Translations under genes and position numbers: made by a program | DNA from: Klebsormidium nitens | Lineage: Eukaryota; Plantae; Klebsormidiophyceae | DNA: 64,000 bases | Direction of reading: 5' to 3' | Assembly (NCBI GenBank): GCA_000708835.1 | Contig: DF237272.1 | Coordinates: 1-64,000, forward strand | In this document: positions 1 through 11,400 of the stretch, piece after piece | Position numbering within the stretch: position 1 is the stretch's first letter | Layout of the letters: each line of letters starts with the position of its first letter | Notes under the pieces: generated by a model | The model's database searches: none | Seen by the model: the letters and a program-made list of their open reading frames with translations, nothing else | What the model was told of the DNA's origin: nothing

Positions 1-82
1 CCGATGGTGCTTCCTCTACTTAAACAAGCCGCCTGCTATCTATCGCTTTGATTTGATGACCAGTGGGGGCACACGGACTCAC

Positions 83-371
83 TTGGATTGTCGCCTTTCT
101 CCGTAAGGATGCCGATCCCGTAGAGATTATTCTTGCAAGTTGCACCGTCGGGCCAAGCGCTGGAAAGCCCCCAAATCAAACGCACATACAGCCTTCCCGC
201 TAGAAGGCCAAGACTCGGATATTCCGCGTCGTGGACTCGAACCTCTTCCTTATTCTTTCTGCAACAAAAACGAGGCTTGCGCTGTATTAATTCCTCAGTA
301 AAGCCATTGCAACAAAAGTCCTGGAGAGTGCCTGACCTTTTTCTCTCCTGGAGTAAAGATGCGAGAACCAT
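83..371 (-). CDS. Partial hypothetical protein; the gene runs off the window start
   Basis: ORF 36..371 contains an in-frame 78-nt GT-AG intron candidate (259-336: AAG|GTCAGG ... TTGCAG|A) and a donor CAA|GTGAGT at 82. The spliced product reads MVLASLLQERKRKNKEEVRVHDAEYPSLGLLAGRLYVRLIWG... No family recognised, and upstream exons (to about 977) are possible. Confidence 0.4.
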
Positions 372-1994
372 AGCCTAAATATTTTGACAAGATACAGGAG
401 CAAGGAGCTGGGTGAGGGTGAGTTCTACGTGGGCGGTAGTTCAAAAATAGGGAGGCTGCTCTCAGAAAGGTTGAAAGAGACATGCTGAAGCATAACTTGG
501 GGAACATTTTTTCTGCGTACGATTTCTCAAAAGAGCCGTGATCTTCGGAAGTTGCTTGGGGCTGGATTTGAGGGGGATGTACCTGGCCGATTCTGCCCGA
601 GTAACAATCGGCATGGCTCTTTGACGAGCCTTGTTTTTGCAGGTTGCAAAGTGTATGTCAAGAAACCTGTCACAAGAGAGGACCACCGGGAATGTGAGCA
701 TCTAAAATCCGGCGATCAATTTTATTGAATTTGACACGTCTTCGATCAAAGCTGCGCTCGATTCTAAGCTTGTCTATAACTGTAAGAGTGGCGACAGGCA
801 ATGCAAATCACCTTGTGCAGACTGAACTCAGCCACCTGTATGCTGAAGGGCCGTCATCAAAAGGCTGCAGGTTCTCGTCAAAGGTGGAGCTCACTTTGAT
901 GATGTTCACGTATTTGACGTTCAAAGATCGCAAACTACTGAGCAGCATCACAAAGCTCCCTCCAGAGGGGCCGCGCATCAGAAGAGTGGCCCGGCCCGGG
1001 CCAGATGGTTAAGTCAAAACGTATCACAGGTTGTCAGCTTGTTGTCAGAGTGACGTAACACCGTACCATTCTTCAACAATCTAAAACAAAGGCCAACTGA
1101 TTATGATCTGGTCGCCCAGGATAGAAATGTTCACAAATAACAATGCGCTGAGTGCCAAATACGTGCCAATAATCTGCCGCGCCGCTGTCTCATGACACCT
1201 CCGAGACAGTAGCGCGCCTAATGATCACGCGCCAACTAGTCAACATGAGGGTGTAGGGCCAATCTATTGGAAGGAGATGAGCAATGACTTGCTTGGAAAC
1301 TTGCAGACATACGGGAGACACACCAAGGTCAGAAGGAGTGGAGTGGAGCCTGCCGCCAGGATAATGAGGTGCTTATCGACTTGTGGACGTTCCTTCACCT
1401 CCTCCACGTCACCACTCGCCGTGTGCTCAGCACTGCCGAGTCGTTGCCGTTTAATACAGAAGGGGGCATGGAAAATTGACTAGAAATTTGGGGTTGTACA
1501 GAAGCCTGGGCCGGCTTGGAAACAGATTCACTTCAATTCTGGTCCGACGCGCGGTACGATCGCGGCACGTATGCATGTCGCTTTCTCGCGGCGGGCGGGC
1601 AGGGAGCATGAGGGTTTCGAGCAAGGGTTCTGCCTCCGGTCAGAGATGCATTCCGGCGGAACCCTCAGGCACGAGGGAATACTGGTATGTACTGTTCAGT
1701 GCTTAGAAGATTCCGTCGCCGGCAACGAGGGGCGGAACGTTCCGTATCCAGAGCCCTTGAAGATGGTCGCGCAATGCTGTGTGTGTGTACTGTGTACAGC
1801 AGCTGTAGGTACAACCGGCCAGGAGGCAACTCGGAGGCGCCTCCATTGAGAATCTAGCTGAGCGTTTGGGATTAGGTACGGAAGTACCTACTTTCAATTG
1901 TTTGATTGCAGCACCTCCGTGGTCCTCGAGCATTGCAAAGTGCTGAGCCTCAGAGCGGTTGAATTCTTTACTGAAAGTTGAAGGCACAGTGAGC

Positions 1995-4900
1995 ATGGCT
2001 TTTCCAGACCGGTCTGGTAATGAGGCCGCATGCTCGACCAGCGCTCAGGGGACGCTGCTGCAGAACCTGTCCTTTGTGTCCCTCCTCCCTGACCCTAGGG
2101 CCAGAAGGAAAGAGGTTTATGCCATCCCACGTGTAGCATCGCTGTCTCTCAGTGCTGACGGCAGGCTGGGGAGCGTGCAAGATGTGGTTGGTTCCTGTAG
2201 AAAGTGGCAACATCAGATGGGGCAGAACTTGCGAGCATGGAGCAACGGGCTGTTGAAGGAGGACTCTGTGCAGAGAACTTTTAACTTTCTCAACAGGAGA
2301 AGCTCTTCCCTTGCGTCTCTGTCGACCTCATGGCAATCTGAAACGGTGCCGTACGAGCCACGAGAGGTTTTCAAGCTTGCAATGACAGAGGCACAGATCA
2401 CATCAAAGCTAGACTCAGTGCCCGTGTACACAGTGATCAATGCTGACAATGAGTTTGTGCTGGTGTCGGGCGGAGAAGAAGACAAGCCCGATGATACCAA
2501 GCACCTTGGTCTTTTCTGCTTCTCAGAGAAAGACGCGGCCGCCTTTTTGAAGCAGGTAAGCACACTACTTATGACAATTCCAACGTTCTTTTCATTGATA
2601 GCTAAGTTCTGGGTGGGAGGAAATTAAAATGATGGAAGGGTAAGCTGCTGCGGTTTTTGAGGGCAACGTGTAATTCCTGAATCACTTCTTCAGCACTTGA
2701 ATCCTTTGTACGACTTGAAAACGAGAAATTGCCCCCAAGCTTTGATATTGAGATTCTACATATCCCTGTGCTTCTGCCCTGATACCTTTGCATAGGAAGG
2801 TCGATGCGGCAGACTCTAGTCGCGAAACAGCCAGAAGATTCCATCGATGTACCACCTGTCATCAATCTTGGGAGCAAGCTCTGGGGGCTAAACCAGAATC
2901 TTTTGATTGAGGGGCAGTATTGCAACCTGACATAATGACACAAAATGTATTGCAGGTGAAAGACAGGGATCCTGCCCTCTTCCGGAACGCCAGAGTTGCT
3001 GCAGTGTCGCTGGAGAAGGTGCGCTCTCCTCCTAACCCGCTGAAAACTGTTGTAGTTCTGAATTTCAATGGACTGAAAGGACACAGGATTGAATGGTCCT
3101 CTTTTGATCTGGCGCAGTATCAAGTGTTGTCGTTGGAGTTCTTTACCACTGCTTCCTTTGTCTTCCATCATGTTTCCCAAAGTTGGTTCACTTCTTACGA
3201 GCTCTCGATGTTGGTGGTGATTGAAGGGGGTGAAGCATGTCAGAATTCGGTGTTTACTTCCTGACAGTCTTCGTTGAGTGGTTTTCTGACACAGAGCTCT
3301 TGACTTGTGAGCAGGTGTACACCCTAAGCTCGCAAGGGATTGCGTTCCGGTTTCTGCCGGATATTGCGCAAGTGGCAAAAGCAATCAAGGTGCGATGACT
3401 TCACCGAAAGGGTTGGTCAAGGCAGTACTGCCTGCCTATGTTGCACAACATCGACTGTTTGCGCTAGTCTCTCTATCTCGGCTCTGAGTCCATAGGCTTT
3501 GCTCCGGATCAGTGAGCTTGTAACTAGCTTTGTTCGAGTATCTTGTTGTTAGAGGGCAAATCACGCGTTTGGTCTCTAATCCCTAGATGAGGTGCGTGTT
3601 CGTCACTTAGTCACTTTGAGCCTTTTTAGCTTATCTCCACAGTCACCCTTCTCTGACAGTGCGCACGTTCTGGACTCTTGCAGGTGAAAGAGGAGGCACT
3701 GAATTCGTCCAACGTAAGTGCTTCCATTGTTTTGACTGCCAGCTTCGTCAACTCGTATCAAATCCATTTCAATCACTTTTAGAAGGAGCGTCAATAACCA
3801 CCAATATTCTGGTTCGTTTTATTCCTTAGTCCTTGCACGGCCTCGGGGCTTACCCCCCGTGATTGAGAAGTGGGCGTTCCCAAATGACATATACCATCTC
3901 CGTGGCGCTGTCCCTCAGGATATTTTCTTCCCGCAAGTAGAGTTTGCGTCAAAGTTGATAAGAAGAATTCTACCCGTCAGCACTTGTGAATACCCCCGTT
4001 TTAACTGTGACGAAACGGGCGGTTAGATATTGACTATAAGCAAGATCGGCTGGGTCAGGTTCGACACAAGTTCTACAACATGCCAAGTGGGTCTTAAACA
4101 CACTGCGACGTGCGCAAGGTTTTCCGACACAGTTCTGTGTGAGACTGACTCGTGCAGAGCGCGTAAGAGTTGCGCTGGAAAGGTTTGGTTGAGCAAGTGA
4201 TTCGTCTGCGTCTCTCATCAGTGCTGGAGCATCGGCTTGCTTTCGTCCTAGGCGTCCGTCAGTCCTTCCCGATACTCCATTCGAGCTCTCAAAAGAAAAT
4301 TTATGTGCAAAAGCTACTTTGCTTAAGCGCTGCTTCCGTGGGTCAATACGAGATCTAAATCCGCGCCTTCTGTCCTTCCAAAGCCTGATCCTCGAAGTGT
4401 CCACTGTCTGACTGATTGCCTTTTCTCATGGACAACATCGCTGCTCGTCGTTTATCGTTCGACCTAAGCCGGGCTCATACAAGCTTTTTCCTGGTTTTTT
4501 TCATCGTAGCTCTGTTAAGCCTCCTTTTTTCTCCGGTTCAGCGTTCCCTGCTATACGTGGCCCCTTCTTTCCCTGCTACAGCTGTCGGGATTTCGCTGAT
4601 CAAATGCGACAAACCGATCAAGAACTTCAAGAGCTTGAGCGCCTCCCTAAAGCTCGTCGTCTCTGACGGTCTTCCTGCCCTAGGTGTGCGCAATGCTCTT
4701 ATTTAACCCGTCTGCTTGCTTTCCGACTGTTGGGGGCCGCTACAGGCAAAGGCAACAAGCCGGAGACAAAGTTTTCAGGCGTGTCTTAATACCCGATTGC
4801 CGTTCTTATCCGCGTCCCTTTCTTTCGTTCTGTCTTCCAGCCGTTGGGGTCCGTTCCTGGCAAAGGCGACAAGCCGAAGAAAGAGTTCGACGGCGTGCCG

Positions 4901-5638
4901 GTGTTCCAGAGCCACCACCTGGCGCTGCGCGCGGGCAACAAGCGGTACTGCCCCATCTTCTTCCGGTACGAGGATGTCGAGGCGGCGCTCAAGAAGGCCA
5001 AGAGCCGCGAGGAGCGGACCAGCAAGAAGATGATCAACCAGGACCACAGTATACAGGTGCGCTCAGCAGCATTCGGTCTTATCATCGATGTACTGCGGTT
5101 ACGAACTCGCGAGCGATGAAGGTAGCGCCGAACATTTCAATTCCCATAAGTGGAGTGGAACTACCCCGCTTCCGTGGGGTTCAATGAGGCGTCTAGATAT
5201 CTCGAAATTTTCTTGGGCTGGCCCTTTCGTGATGAACAGGGTTGGTAGGCGGTGAGCTTGACTTCGACGGCTGTCTTCGAACGGGCTCTTAGCTGGGAGC
5301 AGCCGAACTTCAACGCTTTGGAGTCGCACAGACGAACTTTGAAGGGTCTTACCCGAGTTCTCCAGCAAGCTCTCTGCAGCAATCATGCGTTCCCAAGGTT
5401 TCTTGCCTTGCCCGTCGCAAGTTGTCGTTCCCTTGTCACAGCAAGTCATTTGTAGACCTATTTCGCGAGCTCTCGCATTTGTTTCCAGGTCGGCAGTTTT
5501 GAGGACTGCCTGAGGCGGCTGGAGCGGGCCGACATCAACTCCGAATGGGGAGACGTGGTGTTCATCCCTCCTGGTGATGACATGCTGGAAAGGCTGGACG
5601 CGACGGCGCAAGCCGGAAGCAAGACGGTGATCACATGA
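1995..5638 (+). CDS. Tic22-like chloroplast intermembrane-space protein (long N-terminus type)
   Basis: Exons 1995-2555, 2956-3018, 3315-3389, 4841-5056, 5489-5638, all GT-AG and in phase. Tic22 motifs: KLDSVPVYTVINADNEFVLVSG, GIAFRFLPD, FDGVPVFQS, PIFFRYEDV, WGDVVFIPPG. Confidence 0.9.
4716..4785 (+). repeat. Degenerate intronic copy of the Tic22 exon-4 acceptor plus exon start (4830-4899)
   Basis: ttgctttccgactgttgggggccgctacaggcaaaggcaacaagccggagac aligns without gaps to ctgtcttccagccgttggggtccgttcctggcaaaggcgacaagccgaagaa. Offset 114 bp; the AG has become GA. Confidence 0.85.
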
Positions 5639-7178
5639 GAGCCAAGTTTTGACTTTTCAGTATACCCTGGACCTAGGCAAGGCATATTGTACAGTTGACA
5701 AGAAGAACGGCTGTTTGTCAGGCATCGTAAGGAGTACAGTCTCGAGTCTGCCCAGTTTTGCAAACCTGATCAAGCGAGAAGAGCATGTGTAAGATCCCGT
5801 GATTGAACACGGAATATTCCAAAGCCTACAAATCAGTCGCGTATTTCCATCTGATCGGTCCATGGTTTTGCCATGTCTGGCATGCATCTTTGAGTCAGAT
5901 TTGGTGATTGGCTTCGGCTGGTCCGGTTGCATGCGATCAGAGATGATGCCATCATGAAGCTTTTCCAATCAAGAATCTGTTGGGCTCGTCGTGGATCAGC
6001 GTTGTGCTTTATGAACGTACACAGTAAATGACCTGTATCTGGGCGACTGCCTGACTTGGCATATTGTTTGTAGATTGATTAAGACCGATGTGGCTGAGAG
6101 GCAGCACCAGGCGGGTGCGCCGGTGCACATGCTCAACCTCAAGTTCTATTGGAGTGACTAGCTAGGGCCCCATATACTTGTGCAATGGGTTGGGCTACGA
6201 AAATTGGAATCAATATGTGGTATAAGGAATCTTAATGCATAAAGATGCATGCAGCTACTCCCTTTAAGCACCGCAATGATCGCTACAAAGATGCACTGCC
6301 CCATGTCCGGGGCAATCACTTGTGTAGATTTATCGATCAAACGTTGGACGTACACTGACACTTTATTTGCCTTCATTAATGATTCCAAATGCAGCGCTTC
6401 GGATCATGACGGGATGCACAGAGTACATTCCAGCCTTACAATCTGTCCATGTCACAATCATACAATCATGCCGCCTCATTGCACCACGTATATAGCAGGT
6501 CCACCACTTTGGGCCCGGCTGCATGAACCAGAACCAACTTTTTGCAATTATTCCTCACTAGGTTGGACTGACACGTCGTATAGGGATCTCATTACAGATG
6601 TGCATTATCTAGACCACTTCAGTTCAGGCCAAAGCATTGCCTTCGCCTGCACACAGCATGATGCGGAAATCACATCTTGCCAATCCACATTTCACAATGA
6701 AAAGATAACAGTCTAGTCTCCTCAAACATGCCCACCGACTTGAGGCATCAAGAGATGCAATCTTGATTCATCTATGCTGTATCCTGATACTTTCCACATT
6801 GCGCGAGGAACTTATTGCAAGAAAAAGATGGAATCTGATGGAGCACAGCGAGACCTGCTGACAAGTCTGTTTCAGACATTTGGCACTTCGAGCTGTATCG
6901 GATAGATCGACACATGGCAATCAGTCCACCAGTATGATACTCATAAGGTTGATCACAAGGCTTCAGGCTTGAGAGTATGTTTCCAAACTTCCCATGAACC
7001 ACAGTGACCACGATCTTGGACAGGAGTCAGTCCTACAATTGAGGTCGCTTACTATTCACATCTACAAACTAGCAGTTTCTACGGCACTCATCACAGTCTG
7101 TCCCAATGTTTCCCATGCCGCAAAATGCAGCAACGATCGGGGAGGAAATAGGACTTATTGTGTTGCGCCTGTTGCCCC

Positions 7179-7559
7179 TCAGAAGATTATCCGGATGGCC
7201 GGTTGCTCCGCCCCGCCATCTTCAATTACCTCCCACTTGCACGGCTCGTGCTCGTCAGAGATTGGACAGAACCCAGCCAGCGTCAACCCCTTGTTGCCCC
7301 CCGCCGACCCAAATTCAAAAACGCTTGTTGTCAACTCTAGTTTCTTTTCTTTCTTCTTCCTTTTGGTTCCCCCGAGCACCCCTGCTAAAATTTCATCCTC
7401 CACCTTTTCGCTGGCCTCTGCAACGTTTGGCCCAGCTCCAGCAGACCGCTCAATTTCTTTTGGTTTCTCCAGTATTGCGCTGGTTGAACTTTCCGCACCC
7501 CGCACTTCGGCTGCTTCTTCTAGAGGCGCCGCCTTCTTCTTGCCACCAAAAAAACCCAT
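7179..7559 (-). CDS. Small (126 aa) single-exon protein of unknown function with a conserved-looking C-terminus
   Basis: Clean ATG-to-stop ORF with an MG start and a charged, low-complexity N-terminal half. The C-terminal FEFGS...GLTLAGFCPISDEHEPCKWEVI...IRIIF resembles, from recollection, small uncharacterised land-plant proteins. Confidence 0.7.
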   Translation of the reverse strand: MGFFGGKKKAAPLEEAAEVRGAESSTSAILEKPKEIERSAGAGPNVAEASEKVEDEILAGVLGGTKRKKKEKKLELTTSVFEFGSAGGNKGLTLAGFCPISDEHEPCKWEVIEDGGAEQPAIRIIF

Positions 7560-7840
7560 CTTTTCAAAGAGAAGACCTCAACGAACTCTGTACAATCGTA
7601 TTAAAGAGAGCAGAAAGACACCCAATAAAAGAGAACCAACCGCTGATCTGACCTGCACCAAGCTCACAGAAGAAAAGACCAAGTGCAGGTTTCCTCGTTC
7701 AAAAGAACTCGATCAAAAAACTAGATGCGGTAGTTAATTCGAGGTCGGTCGCGTAACCCTTGTCTCGTATGTAGTTCCATGTACTGTTACCGGCTGCTTC
7801 AAACCGTTCTCACTCACAAGCCGCCCTGAGTTGAACTTGC

Positions 7841-7849
7841 AAACCCTAA
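7841..7849. promoter_or_regulatory. Telo-box-like motif AAACCCTAA in the divergent promoter
   Basis: Exact AAACCCTAA between the starts at 7559 (-) and 8405 (+). It is a short motif and could be chance. Confidence 0.3.
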
Positions 7850-8404
7850 TTTCCATGCATGCATTGGTTTGAAATTGAATTTGAAAGAGGAGGAACTTGC
7901 TCTCGGGCTATTGCTATTTCTGGGGCTATTAGGCCGTCCGAATTATATTTCCGGTTTCCTGTCCACTCCCTCCGGGGGTGGGTCGGTCGGTCGGAAGAAT
8001 ATGATAAATATTCCTCAGAGAATGGTAAGGGTTATTTTGGCGGATATCAGCGATACCGCGCCCCTATGACTTCCATAAGGCCTCCTCCGGTACGCACCAG
8101 CGTTTTCACTAGCGTTGGTAGTCAACTCGGACTAGACACCGAGGTACAAACCTTTCAGAGTATATATGTTGATCATCCATGTTGACTGATTGCGTCTTAT
8201 TGTTCAACAAAAATCCCGTTTTGGACGACAAATGCCGGTTTTGAATTCCAAAATATCAGAATATTTTATCAGCCGACTCGGAAATTCTTCAGAATTTGGA
8301 TCGGTCGGGGACAGGAAACCGCCAATCAAATTCGGACGGCCTTAGTATTGCACAACAGTGGGCTCTGATCTTGGAAGGTCGGGCACCTTTTGTCTGGGGC
8401 AGCA

Positions 8405-11400
8405 ATGGCGACGAGTAGCGTTGGTGCTCTCCTCCAGACTGCTCATATCGGCCACCACCTTTCATCAGAGCAATCCTCGGAACAGGGTAGTATCAAAAGC
8501 TTCCGCAATGTTGGTGCTTACGAGCATGCCACTCGCCCTTTCTCCTTTGGTAGCAAGGAGGCTCTCCGCATCAGGAATCTACTAGTGCAATCACTCTCCA
8601 AAGCGTCGTCAAGAGCTGCATCTGCTCCATACGGTCCTCGCCAAAGTCGAAGACAAGGACAGGCGCCAGAACAAGTAAAATGTGCCGCAAGGAAGCGCTT
8701 TGATTCGTCGGAGCTGGGAGAGCGGAGCCTGGATACAGAAGCTGACGTTGTGATCATTGGGGCTGGAATTATTGGGTTGAGTATTGCACACACGCTGCTA
8801 AGGGACACTCCCTTCTCGGTGGCGGTGATTGACCGGGCGCAGCCATGCGCGGGGGCTACGGGGGCAGGTAAGTCGGCCAGGCTCGAAAAGCCAATGAGAA
8901 ACCCAAAGAAAACTGATCTGTTTAGTTTAAGGTCAGCAATTGCTCAGTGGTTTTCCATGGCTGATGGAGTGGTGGTGCGGGGAGTTAGGGCTGCTAGATA
9001 GGAAGAGCTCCTCTGTGATATACTTGCCTTTTCCTTAATGCAACGGGTGCCTTCGAAAAGCCCCTTTGGTGTTCCCTGAATGCAACTAGAGCCAATGATT
9101 GAAGAGCCCTGCACTAGACAGGGTACTAACCATCCACAAAATGACAAAACAAGACACGGATTTGTCAAGTTGAAGGCAATCAGTCCAATGATTGTAGCGA
9201 CCATTTAAAGTGTCATTTACAGAGGGGTTTGCAATGAATCTAGCTCTCACTGACATGCCAATCAGGCTATCCTCCTGCAAGGAAACAAGGATGGTTGACT
9301 TCCCCTCCTCACAAAACAAATCGTTACAATCGTGACAAGCAAAGCGAACTTGTGCTGCCGCCAGAATCTCAGACCCACTTCTTGTCGCAGGCCAAGGCTA
9401 CATCTGGCTTGGCAACCGGCAGCCCGGCACTCCCGCCTGGGACTTTGCCAAATGGAGCAAGTCTCTCTGGGAAGACTTTGCTGATGAGCTAGCGCTCGAA
9501 CCTTCTCAAACCACTGCACCCCTGGGGTGGAACAAGAATGGGAGCCTTCTGGTGGCGGGAAATGGGAAAGAAGCAGCGGCGCTGAAGACACAGGTGGACC
9601 TTCTTCAGAGCGCGGGACTGGGAGCCGAGCTGTGGGATGCTCAGAGGACACGGTGAGGGGTTTGGATGACATCAACTTCGGGTTAACAATTTGTGGTTCC
9701 CTTTCAACCTCAATTGTTCTGTAGAGACCAGGGAGACAAAGAAAACTTATTTCATCGTCTATTGAAATCATATTTTGAATTGGTTATATGGGCCCAACAA
9801 GAAGAGTTGCACCTGACGGTTCGTATTACCATGGGTTCACACCTACGAATCTTGAGACTTTAACCCGTATTCGATTCCCATCCGACCCTGCATTCATGCC
9901 CCAAATCGACCTTGATTTCATTCCGTCAGAAGAAATTTAGGGCCACAGCGGTGGCTGCCTCTTACGCCTTTTAATCAAATGCGAACTACATCAGCTGTCA
10001 ATTCAAATCGCCTTGTTTCAATTCTCACGTTTGGCCACTTGTTTTTGTGTAGAGCCGTTGAGCCGGCCCTCTTGATTGAAGACGACGGTGGGGCGGCCTT
10101 TCTGCCGGACGATGCGCAACTAGACGCGGAGCTCGCGGTCGCTGCCTTGCGGGCCCGGTGCCAAGGACACGTGGCAGCAGGACGCTACACGGAGCTCTTT
10201 TACGAACCGGTCCAAACGTTTCTGTGGTAAGGACAACCTTCTGTCACACAAGGTTCCTTGTAAGCGAGCAATCAACGGAAATGTTTTTGCCGTAAAGGTC
10301 AACTGTCATGGCATCCGCAGGCTTGCTTCTAAGACCGTCAGTAGCTCCCATAGGCAAAGCGCGAAGAATTGCTTTCCAAAACAGGTATATTTCGAAGGAC
10401 TATCATGAATGATGAAGAAACATACGGTCAGAGTCTGAGCGATTTGGCGTCGTGGAAACGTCCAGAAACTCCATTGCGGTCGTTTAATTCCGGGGTAAAG
10501 TGGCTGACTTTGTAAAACTCGCGCTGCGTAAAAGAAGGGCATGGGTTATTCTCGTTAGGTTCCTGACATGTAAGAAGCTCGAGAAACACGAATGACTAGT
10601 AGATTCCCGTTCTGTCAGGAGGAAAGCGTTCACAACGCGACCCTCCTTCAGTCACTCTCCCTAAACCATATCGTGTTCCTTACGTTTTTGAAAGAGCTCT
10701 TGCTACTCTGACAGTTTTCTTCCTGATGAAACGGCAATCGCCACCTCGCAACGTGCTCTATAGAATGTCAGCTTCCGCCTAAACACGGCCCGCAGCGTTA
10801 TCAGATCTGGCCGTCCGGCGCAATCACTCCCGAACAGTCACGCTGCACAATGACTGTCACAATCGAAGCACAGTCACTTCTTCCCAATTGCAGGTCTTCG
10901 GACGGTTCGGCGGTCCAAGGCGTCCGCACCAGTAAGCGCACCGTCCGGGCGAACCGGTCCGTCATCCTGGCCACCGGGGCATGGACGAGTGACGTTTTGG
11001 CTGCGGATTCGGACGGCAGAACCGAGTTGGGGTCCGCATTTGCCGCAATAAGCCCGCGAAAGGTGGGTAGAGGGGCCAATATCCGAGAAACTTTGGCTGC
11101 TAACCAGGCTGATTACCAGTTTTAAGTACAAGGTTATTGGACAAGTAACCGGGCTTTAATCTGTTTCCGTCCTGGTTCACCGCCCGAATCTGGTCATTGG
11201 ACACATAAACACTGTCTAACCAGCGCATAACCAGCTCAGAACCGTCCATGGTCAAGGGCCAAAAACGCCTGTGACTTTGCAATATCGTTATTTGTTGCTT
11301 TCAGGAGTCATCTTTTGAATGTTGTCCAGCGCTTCGCTGGTGTGTGTTGTCTGTGCGGCGGGGATGGCGATTGGCAGACCTCGCGTGCTAGGTCTGCCAC

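Noticed and set aside
2602-3384. 260-aa minus-strand ORF
   Set aside because: Antisense to Tic22 exons 2-3 and their introns; no motifs.
6994-7737. 247-aa and 181-aa plus-strand ORFs
   Set aside because: Shadow frames of the 7179-7559 gene; S/F/P-rich as expected from an antisense GA-rich strand.
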